64,000 nt of DNA from NCBI GenBank assembly GCA_047285535.1, contig JBJBDC010000001.1:864136-928135 (forward strand), written 5' to 3'. The DNA comes from Synechococcus sp. GTDB lineage: Bacteria > Cyanobacteriota > Cyanobacteriia > PCC-6307 > Cyanobiaceae. The notes below the pieces were generated by a model. It was not told where the DNA came from. It did no database searches and saw only the letters and a list, made by a program, of their open reading frames with translations. Positions 8,869 through 19,170 of this stretch are shown one piece after another (the first letter of the stretch is position 1; every line of letters begins with the position of its first letter). The translations under genes and the position numbers were made by a program.

Positions 8869-9783
8869 TTAGGCCTCTGGTTGTCTGGAAGACCTCGCGC
8901 TCAAGCTGATCAAGGTCGCTCCTAAAACGCACATGGCACCAAGCACCACGCCGCCGGTAATCGGCTCTGCGAAAAACAACATTCCCCAAAAAGACGCAAA
9001 CACCACCTGGACGTAATTGATCGAGGTGGCTCGGGCTGCGGGAAGAGCAGCAAGGCCTTCGGTTAACCAGATTTGCCCAAGTTGAGTAAATAAACCAACC
9101 CCCAGTAGCCAGATCCATTCCGTTGGTGTTGGCAAGAGAGTGGGTTGGCCCCAAAGCAACAGCAGAGTCGCGGGCACAGAAACCAATGGGAAGTAAAAGA
9201 CAATCACCAGCGGGTGCTCTTTCACTGAGAGTTGACGCACACTTACGTATGAAAGTGCCGTCAGCAAAGCTCCGCTCACGCCAATTAGGGCTGCCATTAC
9301 TGGCAGGTTTTGCGTTGTGCTGTCGACCCACTGTGGCTGCACAACCAAAGTGACACCGACCAGCCCCAAAAGCACTGCAATGCCAAGGCGCCGTCTCACA
9401 TATTCACCCAGCAGCAACCATGCCGCCAAAGCTGTCAGGGTTGGATAGGTGTATTGCAGCAGGGTGGCCGCTGCTAAAGGCAGTCTTGCCAGTGCGTCAA
9501 AAAAACACAACAGAGCTGCAGTTCCAAGCCCCCCACGTACCAATAACAATCTCCGTTGCTCTCCCCACGGTGAGACCCCAAGGCGACGAAGCATTGCCAA
9601 GGTAATGGCAATGCTGATCAAAGAGCGCACCAACACGACCTCCGCCACTGGTAAACGTCCTCCCAGGTATTTCACGCAGACGGTCATCAAACTGAAAGCC
9701 AGTGCACAAGCAATCAGAAGACCGCAGGCGCGCCATTCTTGTGCCGTCTGGCTGCCTTTGATTGCGCGTAGCAGCCCTTGCAT
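8869..9783 (-). CDS. DMT/EamA family transporter
   Basis: About 10 TM helices, two EamA repeats (LGE motif, FAEP). Confidence 0.92.
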   Translation of the reverse strand: MQGLLRAIKGSQTAQEWRACGLLIACALAFSLMTVCVKYLGGRLPVAEVVLVRSLISIAITLAMLRRLGVSPWGEQRRLLLVRGGLGTAALLCFFDALARLPLAAATLLQYTYPTLTALAAWLLLGEYVRRRLGIAVLLGLVGVTLVVQPQWVDSTTQNLPVMAALIGVSGALLTALSYVSVRQLSVKEHPLVIVFYFPLVSVPATLLLLWGQPTLLPTPTEWIWLLGVGLFTQLGQIWLTEGLAALPAARATSINYVQVVFASFWGMLFFAEPITGGVVLGAMCVLGATLISLSARSSRQPEA

Positions 9784-9998
9784 GGTTGATCAACAGCTTT
9801 CAAAAAAGTACAAGCCTGCTTTTACAGGCTTTTCTAAATGTATGACCCAATGATTGAAACACCGGGCTAAAACTCCAGAGTGAAACTTCGTGAGGTGGGG
9901 ACGATCATCAGGGGTTTTTTGGAGTATCTAATCCAGAGATTGAACGCAAAATATGATCGAACGATATTCTGTCCTGCCTTGAAAGCTCGGAACATCCA

Positions 9999-10199
9999 TT
10001 AGATACGGACTTCCAACATCCTTGCTGAATCCATGCGTTCTGCTTCTCGTGAGAGAAATTCGTACCACATGCTCACCAGGACATTGAAAGTGTTGAGCGC
10101 CCGAATTTGCTCATCTGAACCGGGATCAGTGTACTTAAAATCCATAAACATTCGATCAGCAATGACCTGTTGCTCCTTACACCTTGTATCAATCGACAT
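9999..10199 (-). CDS. Small hypothetical protein
   Basis: 66-aa protein-like ORF in tandem with an upstream small membrane ORF. Confidence 0.65.
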   Translation of the reverse strand: MSIDTRCKEQQVIADRMFMDFKYTDPGSDEQIRALNTFNVLVSMWYEFLSREAERMDSARMLEVRI

Positions 10200-10202
10200 T
10201 GA

Positions 10203-10337
10203 TCATCCCTGAGTTTGAGATTTCTTGACGACAGGGAGGTCAGAGGGCTGCACAAGAACAAAAATCACAGCAGCAGAAATGACTGCGGTGAAGCCAAGCA
10301 ATCCAATGAACGCAGTTATGCAGTCAACCATTGGCAT
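10203..10337 (-). CDS. 44-aa single-TM microprotein (not in ORF track)
   Basis: MPMVDCITAFIGLLGFTAVISAAVIFVLVQPSDLPVVKKSQTQG*; ends 3 nt before the next ATG. Confidence 0.6.
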   Translation of the reverse strand: MPMVDCITAFIGLLGFTAVISAAVIFVLVQPSDLPVVKKSQTQG

Positions 10338-10863
10338 ACTTCATGAAGTCACGCAAAGAGCCTAGTCTTTTCGTGAAGAATTGTAAACAGACTGATCGCT
10401 GGATCAGCTTAAGTGCTTACACACTTGATCCGAGCACTCCAAGACTGCGCAGCGGTTCAGGCGGACCTACAAACATCACTGAACTGTCCCAGCTATCAGA
10501 GCACTCTTAAGGAAGCAGGAGCCCCTGGCTTTAGTACGGCCCCGTTGCAACACGATGCTTGTACAAGTAGATCAGACGATTGCATTGATCACGATTGGCA
10601 CATGGCGAAGGGATCTAGCCATAGGAGCAAGCAGGCATCCAAGAATTGCAGGGGCAACCGGATACTCCCAGCCTCAGACGAGAAGGAGAGACGAATGCAG
10701 TCAGGCCTTGAGGGTGAGCTGATCTGACCTGCATTCACTGGATGGCATGCCCTTCTCATGCCTGACAATCCATGGCACATGGCGTCGATCGTTCGTTTAG
10801 TCGCAATGGAGACATCCAACAGCTGTCTCGAAGATTAATTTTCTTTTTTGACAAATACTTGTT

Positions 10864-10938
10864 ATGGGATTTCTGCTTGTCGCTGGTTGCATGGCTTTAG
10901 CAGCCGTCATGTCTGCATCGTTAACCGAGAAAAACTGA
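10864..10938 (+). CDS. 24-aa hydrophobic microprotein (not in ORF track)
   Basis: MGFLLVAGCMALAAVMSASLTEKN*; GC-richer than its AT-rich flanks. Confidence 0.4.
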   Translation: MGFLLVAGCMALAAVMSASLTEKN

Positions 10939-11102
10939 TCTAGATTCGAAATCATCCAATCACATGTTTTGATGTTTTTGTTCCAAGCAGGAGCAACTCA
11001 TCACTGTAGTCCTACAATTTTTTGAATCACTACCGATCACACACGGCGTATCAGCTTCAAAGAATTCTGTTGATTAAAGCTCCATCTAATTAACCACAAT
11101 GC

Positions 11103-11291
11103 TTAGCATCCAAAAATTTTGGAAGCCACATTATTTTTCATTATCCAATCAAAGCTGGGACCTAAAAATTTCTCTCGTACTTCTTCTTCCTGCCATAGGA
11201 ACCAGGAGTGTAGAAACCCATGAAAACCAGCATTTTTGTAATATCGCTCCTCCCGGCAAAGAGATTGCCCCTCATTGGATTGATTTGTCAT
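11103..11291 (-). CDS. Small hypothetical protein
   Basis: 62-aa aromatic-rich ORF from MTNQSNEG. Confidence 0.5.
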   Translation of the reverse strand: MTNQSNEGQSLCREERYYKNAGFHGFLHSWFLWQEEEVREKFLGPSFDWIMKNNVASKIFGC

Positions 11292-12413
11292 TATCAGACA
11301 AGAGAAGCCGACACAGGCTTTTAATTTACTCAATCGCTTGACAATTCAGGCACGACGGATTCACCCTTATCTGAAGCATATTTTATATCTTGCAAGGGAT
11401 GCGAAATCTCCTTATTGACATACAACTCTTTGATCTCACTTAACTCAATAAGCAACCGTTCAGCACGGCTATTTTGATCACTAATCGAGTGATGATCCAA
11501 TAAATGGACTCAAAATTGGGTAAGGCACCCAACCAAGACCCAGGGTTCCAGCAACCAGCAATTGTCCTGACGGCCACGACATCGCACAAAGCCTTGGCGT
11601 TTAGCCTAGGCATCCCAAAAAGACCAATGGAATCACCTGAACGCAATGTACCGTTTTCGTAGACATTCCTCCTCGCACCGTCCAAAATGACGCGTGCCAA
11701 ACCATCGCCTGCCATAAGCATCCCGAACAATTGCTGATCAATAGAGCAGAGGGTGACTTGTATATCTTCAATCTTTTAGCCAAATCTTCTTAATCGCTAA
11801 TGCATTGGATGATGCTTATGAAACAGCAGGCATCCATTTTGCAGCAAATTAACATCACCTGCGTTTGCGATGAGACCGATTCGCAACAATGCAGCTTTGG
11901 CTTGAATAGCAGGGGAGTATCGAGAGCATTGCACGCAGAATAGAGACACCTAGCTTTCGTTACTGCAGTCGATCGTGACTACCTGATGGATATCATTGAC
12001 AGCAGATCTTCCTCAGCAGCCCACATCCATGGACCTGAGCAGCCGTTTTCTCTAGCGGAATGGGCAAGGCAGGCTTGAGTCGCACATCAGACTAGATATG
12101 GCAGAAACGCATTGCAAACTCAGTCGCGAAAAAGAAGAACCTGTTGCCCCACGAGATGGACAGCTGTTCTTTGTATCTGGAGCCCATCGGTGAAGTTTCC
12201 AGCATCGATGTTCATCAGCCCCAGCGAGGAGTTGTCCTTCAGCACTGGTGTTGAGGACTTGTCTTAAGTCACTCCTTCAGATGTTGCAGAAGTTTTCTCC
12301 CTATCGAGTGGTTGAGTACGCCCGCATGATTGAAGAGCCGGATTGGCCCTCGATCACCGATGTCCCATCGTGGTGAACAACCACGATGGGCTCAGGTCTC
12401 GCAGAATGGTCCC

Positions 12414-14495
12414 ATGGCGATGCCCCGTCTTCATCCCCGCACCATCGACGCCGTCAAGGAGCGAGCCGACATCGTCGATGTGATCGGTGAGCACGTGGTG
12501 CTCAAAAAGAAAGGTCGAGAGTTCGTTGGCGTTTGCCCGTTTCATGACGACAGCAAGCCCTCGATGACGGTGTCTCCGCAGAAGCAGTTTTATTACTGCT
12601 TCTCTTGCGGAGCAGGAGGAAACTCCATCAAGTTTTTGATGGAGTTTCAACGCCAGAGCTTCAGCGATGTTGTACTGGATTTAGCGCGTCGATACCAACT
12701 CCCTGTAGAGACGGTTGATGGACCGCAACAGGAGCGACTTCGTCAACAACTGTCAAGGCGTGATCAGTTGCATCGTGCTTTGGCTCTTGCCTCAGGTTGG
12801 TTTCGCAGTCAGCTGAAGAGTTCTTCCGGCGCTGACGCCCTGACTTATCTTCGCGATCAGCGTGGCTTGAGCGAAGCCACGATGGAGTCCTTTCAGCTCG
12901 GCTACGCCCCCGATCAATGGGACGGATTGATCAAGCATCTTCAACACGTTGAGGGCCTATCGCCCGACCTACTCGAATCTGCGGGCCTGGTTGTTCCCAG
13001 GAAGGGGGGAAACGGATTTTATGATCGCTTTCGTGGTCGAGTCATGGTTCCGATCCGCGATCGACAGGGCCGGGTCATTGGATTTGGAGGAAGAAGTCTT
13101 GATGGCAGTGATCCGAAATACCTGAACTCACCAGAAACGGAAGTCTTTGAGAAGGGAAAACATCTATTTGGTCTGGACCAGGCGGCCAATGCGATCCGAA
13201 AAGACGATCGAGCTGTCGTCGTAGAGGGCTATTTCGATGTCATTGCACTGCATGCGGCTGGCATCACAAATGCGGTCGCCTCTCTTGGCACGGCTCTCAG
13301 CGGACAGCAGATCACCCAGCTTTGCCGGTGCAGTGATGGCAAGCGGATCGTTCTCAATTTTGATGCTGACCGAGCAGGAATCAGAGCTGCCAACAGGGCA
13401 ATCGGGGAGGTAGAGCAGCTTGCTCTTCAAGGACAACTGGAGCTGCGAGTGCTTCACACGCCCTCCGGCAAAGATCCGGATGAGTACTTAAAAGACCACG
13501 GCGCCGGTGACTATCGCGCTTTGCTCGATCAGGCTCCTCTTTGGCTCGATTGGCAGATCGAGCAAGTCCTCGAAGACCGTGATTTAAGTAAGGCTGATCA
13601 GTTTCAACAGGCCGTCAGTGGTTTGGTGGAGCTGTTGGGCAAGCTCCCTCAGTCGGCCATTCGGACTCATTACCTGCAGCAAGTCGCGGAGAGATTGAGT
13701 GGAGGCCAAGGCCGTTTGGCGTTGCAGTTGGAGCAAGATCTGCGCCAGCAGGTTCAGGGGCAGCGCTGGCATGGACGTTCCGCTCGGCATGAAAAGGCTG
13801 GAGAAATCAGCCAGCGAGAGCGCTGCGAAGCTGAGATCCTTCGCATTTACTTGCATTGTCCGATTCATCGCGCCCGGGTGCGCCTCGAATTACGGCAACG
13901 GGAATTGGAGGATTTCGCCCTGCAGCATCACCGTCTGCTGTGGTCCACGATCACAGATCTTGAGGAGGGCAACATCGGATCAGAACGGCTAGAGGCGATC
14001 AGCAGGGGCAAGGACCCTGGTCAAGAATTGGCCGATCTTGATCTTCCACGATTGCTCACCGATCAGTTGCTGCTGGAAAACAGTGACTTAGTAACCCGGC
14101 TAACACCGCTGCTAGAACCCGCTGAACTTCAGCGCCTGGCCCTGGCCCGTCCAATGGAGGTCTTACGTGGCACCGCTGCAATTCTGGAACGTCAGAAGAG
14201 TCATAAGCGCTGCCGTCATTTGCTTGAGGCCTGGGGTGGACAAAGGCTCGAGACCCTGGAGCGCTGTATCGCCTCGCTGATTGCCGATGAACAGGAGCAG
14301 GCGGGCGCGGGAGAAAAGGTGGATATGGAAGGCCGTATTCAAACGATGTTCGAACAGCTGAATGCAGATGCTCTTCGATTGCAAGAGCTCTATTACTCCG
14401 AAAGGAAGCACATTCAGCATCTTGATCAACAGCGCTGCGCTGGTTATGAGGTTGCTGTTGCTTCCCCCCCCGAATCCACGCCTCCAGCAGCTTGA
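12414..14495 (+). CDS. dnaG: DNA primase
   Basis: CPFHDD...CFSC zinc finger, FRGRVMVPI, KYLNSPET, VEGYFDVI and FDADRAG Toprim motifs. Confidence 0.99.
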   Translation: MAMPRLHPRTIDAVKERADIVDVIGEHVVLKKKGREFVGVCPFHDDSKPSMTVSPQKQFYYCFSCGAGGNSIKFLMEFQRQSFSDVVLDLARRYQLPVETVDGPQQERLRQQLSRRDQLHRALALASGWFRSQLKSSSGADALTYLRDQRGLSEATMESFQLGYAPDQWDGLIKHLQHVEGLSPDLLESAGLVVPRKGGNGFYDRFRGRVMVPIRDRQGRVIGFGGRSLDGSDPKYLNSPETEVFEKGKHLFGLDQAANAIRKDDRAVVVEGYFDVIALHAAGITNAVASLGTALSGQQITQLCRCSDGKRIVLNFDADRAGIRAANRAIGEVEQLALQGQLELRVLHTPSGKDPDEYLKDHGAGDYRALLDQAPLWLDWQIEQVLEDRDLSKADQFQQAVSGLVELLGKLPQSAIRTHYLQQVAERLSGGQGRLALQLEQDLRQQVQGQRWHGRSARHEKAGEISQRERCEAEILRIYLHCPIHRARVRLELRQRELEDFALQHHRLLWSTITDLEEGNIGSERLEAISRGKDPGQELADLDLPRLLTDQLLLENSDLVTRLTPLLEPAELQRLALARPMEVLRGTAAILERQKSHKRCRHLLEAWGGQRLETLERCIASLIADEQEQAGAGEKVDMEGRIQTMFEQLNADALRLQELYYSERKHIQHLDQQRCAGYEVAVASPPESTPPAA

Positions 14496-14548
14496 TGAAT
14501 TGGCGTTACCGCTAACAATCTGGGGGTTTGATCTAAGAGCATCCCTTG

Positions 14549-16819
14549 TCAAAGCTGGGGAGCAGAGGCTGGTGCTGGTGCTCTCAGCAAAACGGGCACG
14601 CGTTTGAATGCTGGGGTACCGCTCACTGGATCCGCGGTACCTCGCATCAACACATTGGCTTCCGGATAAAACATCAACCCGCAACCCCGACGGATGGATC
14701 CAGGAATCAATTGAATCTCTTCCAGTCGACCCGCTTCACCCTGAACCGTGACCCTTTCATGAGCCACCAGACCAGCGGCCAGAAGATCCTCCGGATTGAT
14801 CAGTAGCGTCTGTCGATGTGGCATGCCGCGATAGCGATCGGCGGATTTGTACACCACTGTGTTGTGTTGGCCATAACTACGAGCCGTGATGAGATTCAGA
14901 AGAAGACCACGCTCACCGTGAGCCAACCCTCCAAAATGATCAACCGAGGGGAGGCTGAGATCTGGCAACGGCGTCAAGGCCAACTGAGCTCGACCATTAG
15001 CAGTCGAGAAGTGCGGAGTCTGAAACACTCTTCCACTCACTTCAAACTCACGACTTGCTGTATCCATCTCCGCCATCGCCGCATATCCAGGAACAGTGCG
15101 AGCAATCAACGCGCGGACGTAAACAGGGTCCTGAAGTCCCCGCCAGTCGATGGGATCAGCACCAAACAAACGGTGGGCCAACTCAGCCAAAAAAACCACT
15201 TCACTGGTGAGCTGGGCATCACGCAGATGGGTGCTGCCCGGCTCATTCAGCCGCACCCAGTTGTTGCCGGATTCCACTGTTGTGCGATGCGGCGATTCAA
15301 ATCTGTTGAACACCGGCAAGAGCAACGTTGTCCGAGCCGCAAGGCCTTGAAAATGCCCAAGATTGGGTTTGGTGGCGAGGTAGGCAATGGTGTCGACCTG
15401 ACCAAGAGCACGACGGGCCTGAGTGCTATCGGGATTGGCTCCGTAAAGATTGCCACCTAGACAAAGCAAGGTCTGCACCACACCCCGGTCTGCCGCCTCA
15501 ATCAAATCACGAGCGTGATACCCAGGCGTAGGGCTCATCGGGCGCCCGAGCAAAGCTTCTAACGCCTGTCGCATCGGTTCTCGCAACCGCACCGAAACGC
15601 CCATCGAGCCAAATCCCTGCACATTCGAGTGACCGCGAATCGGCATCGTTCCCGCCCCAGGGCGGCCAACATTGCCACTCAAAACAGCTGAATTGGCAAT
15701 AGCACGCACATTGCTTGTGCCATTGGCATGATGCGTGATGCCCATCGCCCAGGCAAACACCACGGCACGGCAATCTGCTAATCGAGCAGCGGTGTGTTCA
15801 AGCTCTTCACGACTGAGACCGCAGCAATCCGTGATCGACTCCCAGCTGGTGGTCTGAATCTGTTCCAGCAATAACTCCCAGCCGTCACTATGGGCCTTCA
15901 CAAAGTCCCAGGCGATGGAACCACTCTCCAACCAAGCTTTTTGAAATCCAAGAAACACTGCGGTATCTGAGCCTGGGATCGGCTGCAAAAACAAAGAAGC
16001 GATCTCACTACCACGCAACAAGGAGCGAATCGGAAATGCAGGTGAACCAAATTTGAGAAGACCAGCCTCCAAAACAGGGTTGATCACCACTACGGTTCCA
16101 CCACGATTTCTGAGGCGAATCAACTCATTCATCAAGCGCGGATGGTTCGCCGGAGCATTGGAACCGACCAACACGACTCCATCCGCATGACGGAGGCTCT
16201 CTAAGCTCACATTTGAAGTGCCGCTTCCAAAGACCCGAGTGAGGCCCACACTCGATGGGGCATGGCAGAGATCGGAGCAATCGGCGAGATTGTTCGACCC
16301 ATACGCACGCATCAGCAGTTGGAGCAGATAGGCAGCTTCATTGGATGAACGCCCAGAGCTGTAGGACGCCACTCGCTCCGCAGGCGCAGAAAGGAAAGCA
16401 GCGGCTAGGAGGTCATAAACCTCTTCCCAACTGATCGGCTCGTAGAAATCCTCTCCAGCTCGATGAATCAAAGGACGATCCAGGCGACCGAGCCGGTCAC
16501 ATGACGCTGAATCCATCTGCTGCAGCTCCGTCAGAGTGAGACGGTCAAAAACATCAGGAGGAACTGCTGACTGAAGTTCAGCATGGATTGCCTCAACACT
16601 CTTCAAACAGCGCTGGAGGGGTTCACCAAGTTCATCGCGAAAACCACCGTTCTGACCTCCAGTTCCCCATGCACATGAGAGACATGCACTGTTGTGATTT
16701 AGCGTTTTCCACAGTCTTGTGCCCCGTCGTCCCAATGACGCCTTTGCCCAGCCTGCAATCAGAGGCCATCCCCCACCCGTAACCTCTTCTCCTGGTGATT
16801 CGCCTCCTTGGATCTTCAT
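14549..16819 (-). CDS. FdhF/YdeP family molybdopterin oxidoreductase
   Basis: CLSCAW, SGRSSNEAAY, NNLADCSDLCH, NHPR, RGHSNVQG, C-terminal LITARSYGQHNT...PAFK. Confidence 0.92.
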   Translation of the reverse strand: MKIQGGESPGEEVTGGGWPLIAGWAKASLGRRGTRLWKTLNHNSACLSCAWGTGGQNGGFRDELGEPLQRCLKSVEAIHAELQSAVPPDVFDRLTLTELQQMDSASCDRLGRLDRPLIHRAGEDFYEPISWEEVYDLLAAAFLSAPAERVASYSSGRSSNEAAYLLQLLMRAYGSNNLADCSDLCHAPSSVGLTRVFGSGTSNVSLESLRHADGVVLVGSNAPANHPRLMNELIRLRNRGGTVVVINPVLEAGLLKFGSPAFPIRSLLRGSEIASLFLQPIPGSDTAVFLGFQKAWLESGSIAWDFVKAHSDGWELLLEQIQTTSWESITDCCGLSREELEHTAARLADCRAVVFAWAMGITHHANGTSNVRAIANSAVLSGNVGRPGAGTMPIRGHSNVQGFGSMGVSVRLREPMRQALEALLGRPMSPTPGYHARDLIEAADRGVVQTLLCLGGNLYGANPDSTQARRALGQVDTIAYLATKPNLGHFQGLAARTTLLLPVFNRFESPHRTTVESGNNWVRLNEPGSTHLRDAQLTSEVVFLAELAHRLFGADPIDWRGLQDPVYVRALIARTVPGYAAMAEMDTASREFEVSGRVFQTPHFSTANGRAQLALTPLPDLSLPSVDHFGGLAHGERGLLLNLITARSYGQHNTVVYKSADRYRGMPHRQTLLINPEDLLAAGLVAHERVTVQGEAGRLEEIQLIPGSIRRGCGLMFYPEANVLMRGTADPVSGTPAFKRVPVLLRAPAPASAPQL

Positions 16820-17254
16820 TTGGACGAACAGGTGACAATTCCACCAACAAATTAGATGGCTTGTGTTGATTAAACCGTCAAATTTCTCATAAACAATCCA
16901 TGAAATACTGAAACCTCTCTAGCTTATGGACGTTTAGTCCAGGCAAAAGGAGAGGCACGTTCTCCCCCTTGGCCAAATCTTTCCGAGGCCGCTTGACCGC
17001 TCCACTTGTTTCGCAATGGTCTTAGGGCTCCTGGGCCTTCCTTCAACAACCGTTCCGCATCCTCCATGGCGTCGCGCGGATGCTTTCATCCGCTAGGCAA
17101 ACAACAAGGAAAAAGGGATGATTGAATCAAGACCTTCTCCTGAATGCAGACTTGATCAATCCGAGTCGGCGCCAGTTTGACCTGACTCCTTGCAAGGACG
17201 AGAGTTGCCCTGAGCTTCTACCCACCCGCAATCAACTTCTAATTCACAACAACG

Positions 17255-17512
17255 ATGTCTGAATTTTTTGAAACGATCTGGCATGGAGAAGGAATCGGGG
17301 ATGGCGGCAATCTTGATGAAGCCCTTCAGGCCTATGTGGCTGTGAAGCCAGACAACAACGATTGGATTGAGGCTTGTTCCGCAGAGGGTGCGAATCCCCA
17401 TATCGAGCGCTTCGCTTCCTTCGATTCCTATCTCGACAATGAAGATGCTCTTGAACGCATTCCCGTGACTCCACAAATGATTGCTGTTGCAATTGAACAA
17501 TTACCGGTTTAA
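17255..17512 (+). CDS. Acidic hypothetical protein
   Basis: 85-aa protein-like ORF with ATG start. Confidence 0.75.
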   Translation: MSEFFETIWHGEGIGDGGNLDEALQAYVAVKPDNNDWIEACSAEGANPHIERFASFDSYLDNEDALERIPVTPQMIAVAIEQLPV

Positions 17513-17948
17513 GGCCTGCTCCAACTATGGATTTTTCAAATTTCAGGAAAACGAGAATTACTTCCAAAACCATTACCAAATCAAAGGCAGAAAAATTCTT
17601 TCCGCAATGAAGATCACGTCTGGCTTTGCTTTTGAATCTGCTCAATCAGATCCCGCTCTCCTCTGAATCACTTAACGATCCCATTTGTCAGCGAAAGGAT
17701 GTGTATCTCGACAACCAACTTGCAATGGGCCACGAATCGCATGACGCTATTGATAGTCATTTTGCTTACTACATCCTCAGGCTGAAACTGAAGACTGACA
17801 TTCTCATCGATGCCCCAACCAAACCCTACTGGCCATTGCTGCTGTGCTTACCGCAGGCTTGACTACAGAAAGTAAGGCTTTTAGCGCAAAAACAGTTTTC
17901 ACCAAGAGAACCAATCAATCCTCGGAACCACCGCTAGGCAATTCAGTC

Positions 17949-18306
17949 ATGGCGATGATCCCAGATCCCAATCATGGGCAGGCGCGATCCCGGTCACGAA
18001 GAAGAAGCCGCACCCAATCCAGACCTCATAGTAACTTTGTATTATATGACCACTGGGTGGTGTGGAGGGTTGGCTGACTGACGCAAACGGCTACTGGAGC
18101 AAGCGCTTTCATCAAGGAGAACGTTCGTGACCTCTGATCCGAAGATCTTTGTTGACGCTGGACGTGCCATGCAAGATGGCCAGCAAGCACTACTCAAAAG
18201 CAGGCAGCACATGAGACGAGTGGATGCCGAAAAACTCAGGAAACACTGACGCAAGCAAGGGTGGCAGAAGGTCACTCCACGGCAGGGAAGCCCTGTGGAG
18301 CCATAA
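17949..18306 (+). pseudogene. DUF1651 family pseudogene
   Basis: Fragments PLGGVEGWLTDANGYWSKRFHQGERS / TSDPKIFVDAGRAMQDGQQALLKSRQHMRRVDAEKLRKH*RKQGWQKVTPRQGSPVEP*, with frameshift(s) and an in-frame stop; 5' end uncertain. Confidence 0.75.
18029..18044. promoter_or_regulatory. Degenerate LexA box
   Basis: TAGTAACTTTGTATTA versus picocyanobacterial consensus TAGTACA-N2-TGTACTA (3 mismatches). Confidence 0.45.
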
Positions 18307-18341
18307 AAAAAGACGGTCATTAAACACCAGCCCGTCTTTTT
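18305..18341. terminator. Bidirectional terminator-like hairpin
   Basis: aaaaaagacgg...ccgtctttttt. Confidence 0.6.
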
Positions 18342-18942
18342 TGATTTGAAGCCTTGTCTTCCCCCCAGGCTTCATGGTCATTATGTATCTTCTGGAACCT
18401 ATCTGTCCGTAGACATTTTTGCTCATCGTTAACACTTCTGGGGAAGGCTGCTTTGGTTGATCGATGTGCTTGTGATTAGTTAGCGCACAACAGCCTGATC
18501 AAGCCTTGAACAGCCAACTGCGCTACCCCTTAGAGCTAACAGAATGACTAATGAACAAATGAGAAATTAATCATCCATAGCGCCACTAACAGGTGCGTAA
18601 TAAATCATTAAATCTCGTTAAAATACTAACCAGAACACAGTTTTACCATGACTTCATAGGTCACAGAAGAGCAGGCAATATGCAGTTACCAATAGAGCAT
18701 GCACTGGTTCATATAGAACTCAACAAAGCCCCCACGTGTTTGTCAATAGCACCATAAGCAAGACTTAAAGAAGGAAATTCAATGAAAGAAAAAAGATCTC
18801 ATCCGTGATGACCAATATCAGACTCTTCGAAACACGTCACCTTGAAGGCGATTGACACTCAATTCTTCTGACATTAAGTCCTGCAATTATTCAACGGTCA
18901 TGACGGTTGCATGACTAACATACTTACAAATATCCTAAGAGC

Positions 18943-19170
18943 ATGCAGCATTATTTACTCAGTATCTTTGCAGGCGTTGGTGGTGTTGCCCTAGTGATTG
19001 TAGCCTGTCAAACTATTGTGTTCATGGAACAAGCGATTGAGGAGATGCACTACAGGGAGACATGTGCAAGACATTTAAGCGATAGCAAGTCTTCAGATGC
19101 ATTGATACTGAAGAAATTAGGACTTAAAGAAAATGTGTCTATATCTAAATTCTGCAATCACTATGATTAG
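18943..19170 (+). CDS. Small membrane-anchored hypothetical protein
   Basis: N-terminal TM helix, Cys pair, AT-rich island. Confidence 0.6.
   Translation: MQHYLLSIFAGVGGVALVIVACQTIVFMEQAIEEMHYRETCARHLSDSKSSDALILKKLGLKENVSISKFCNHYD

Noticed and set aside
9872..9925. Possible sRNA (actcca...tggagt pairing, CCACCTCAC on the minus strand)
   Set aside because: No clean terminator or full Yfr1 seed
11440..12270. Possible CRP/cNMP-domain relic
   Set aside because: Resemblance too weak to support a call
18514..18530. tRNA 5'-like fragment (GGGGTAGCGCAGTTGG on the minus strand) as an att site
   Set aside because: Too short; no cloverleaf, T-arm or integrase
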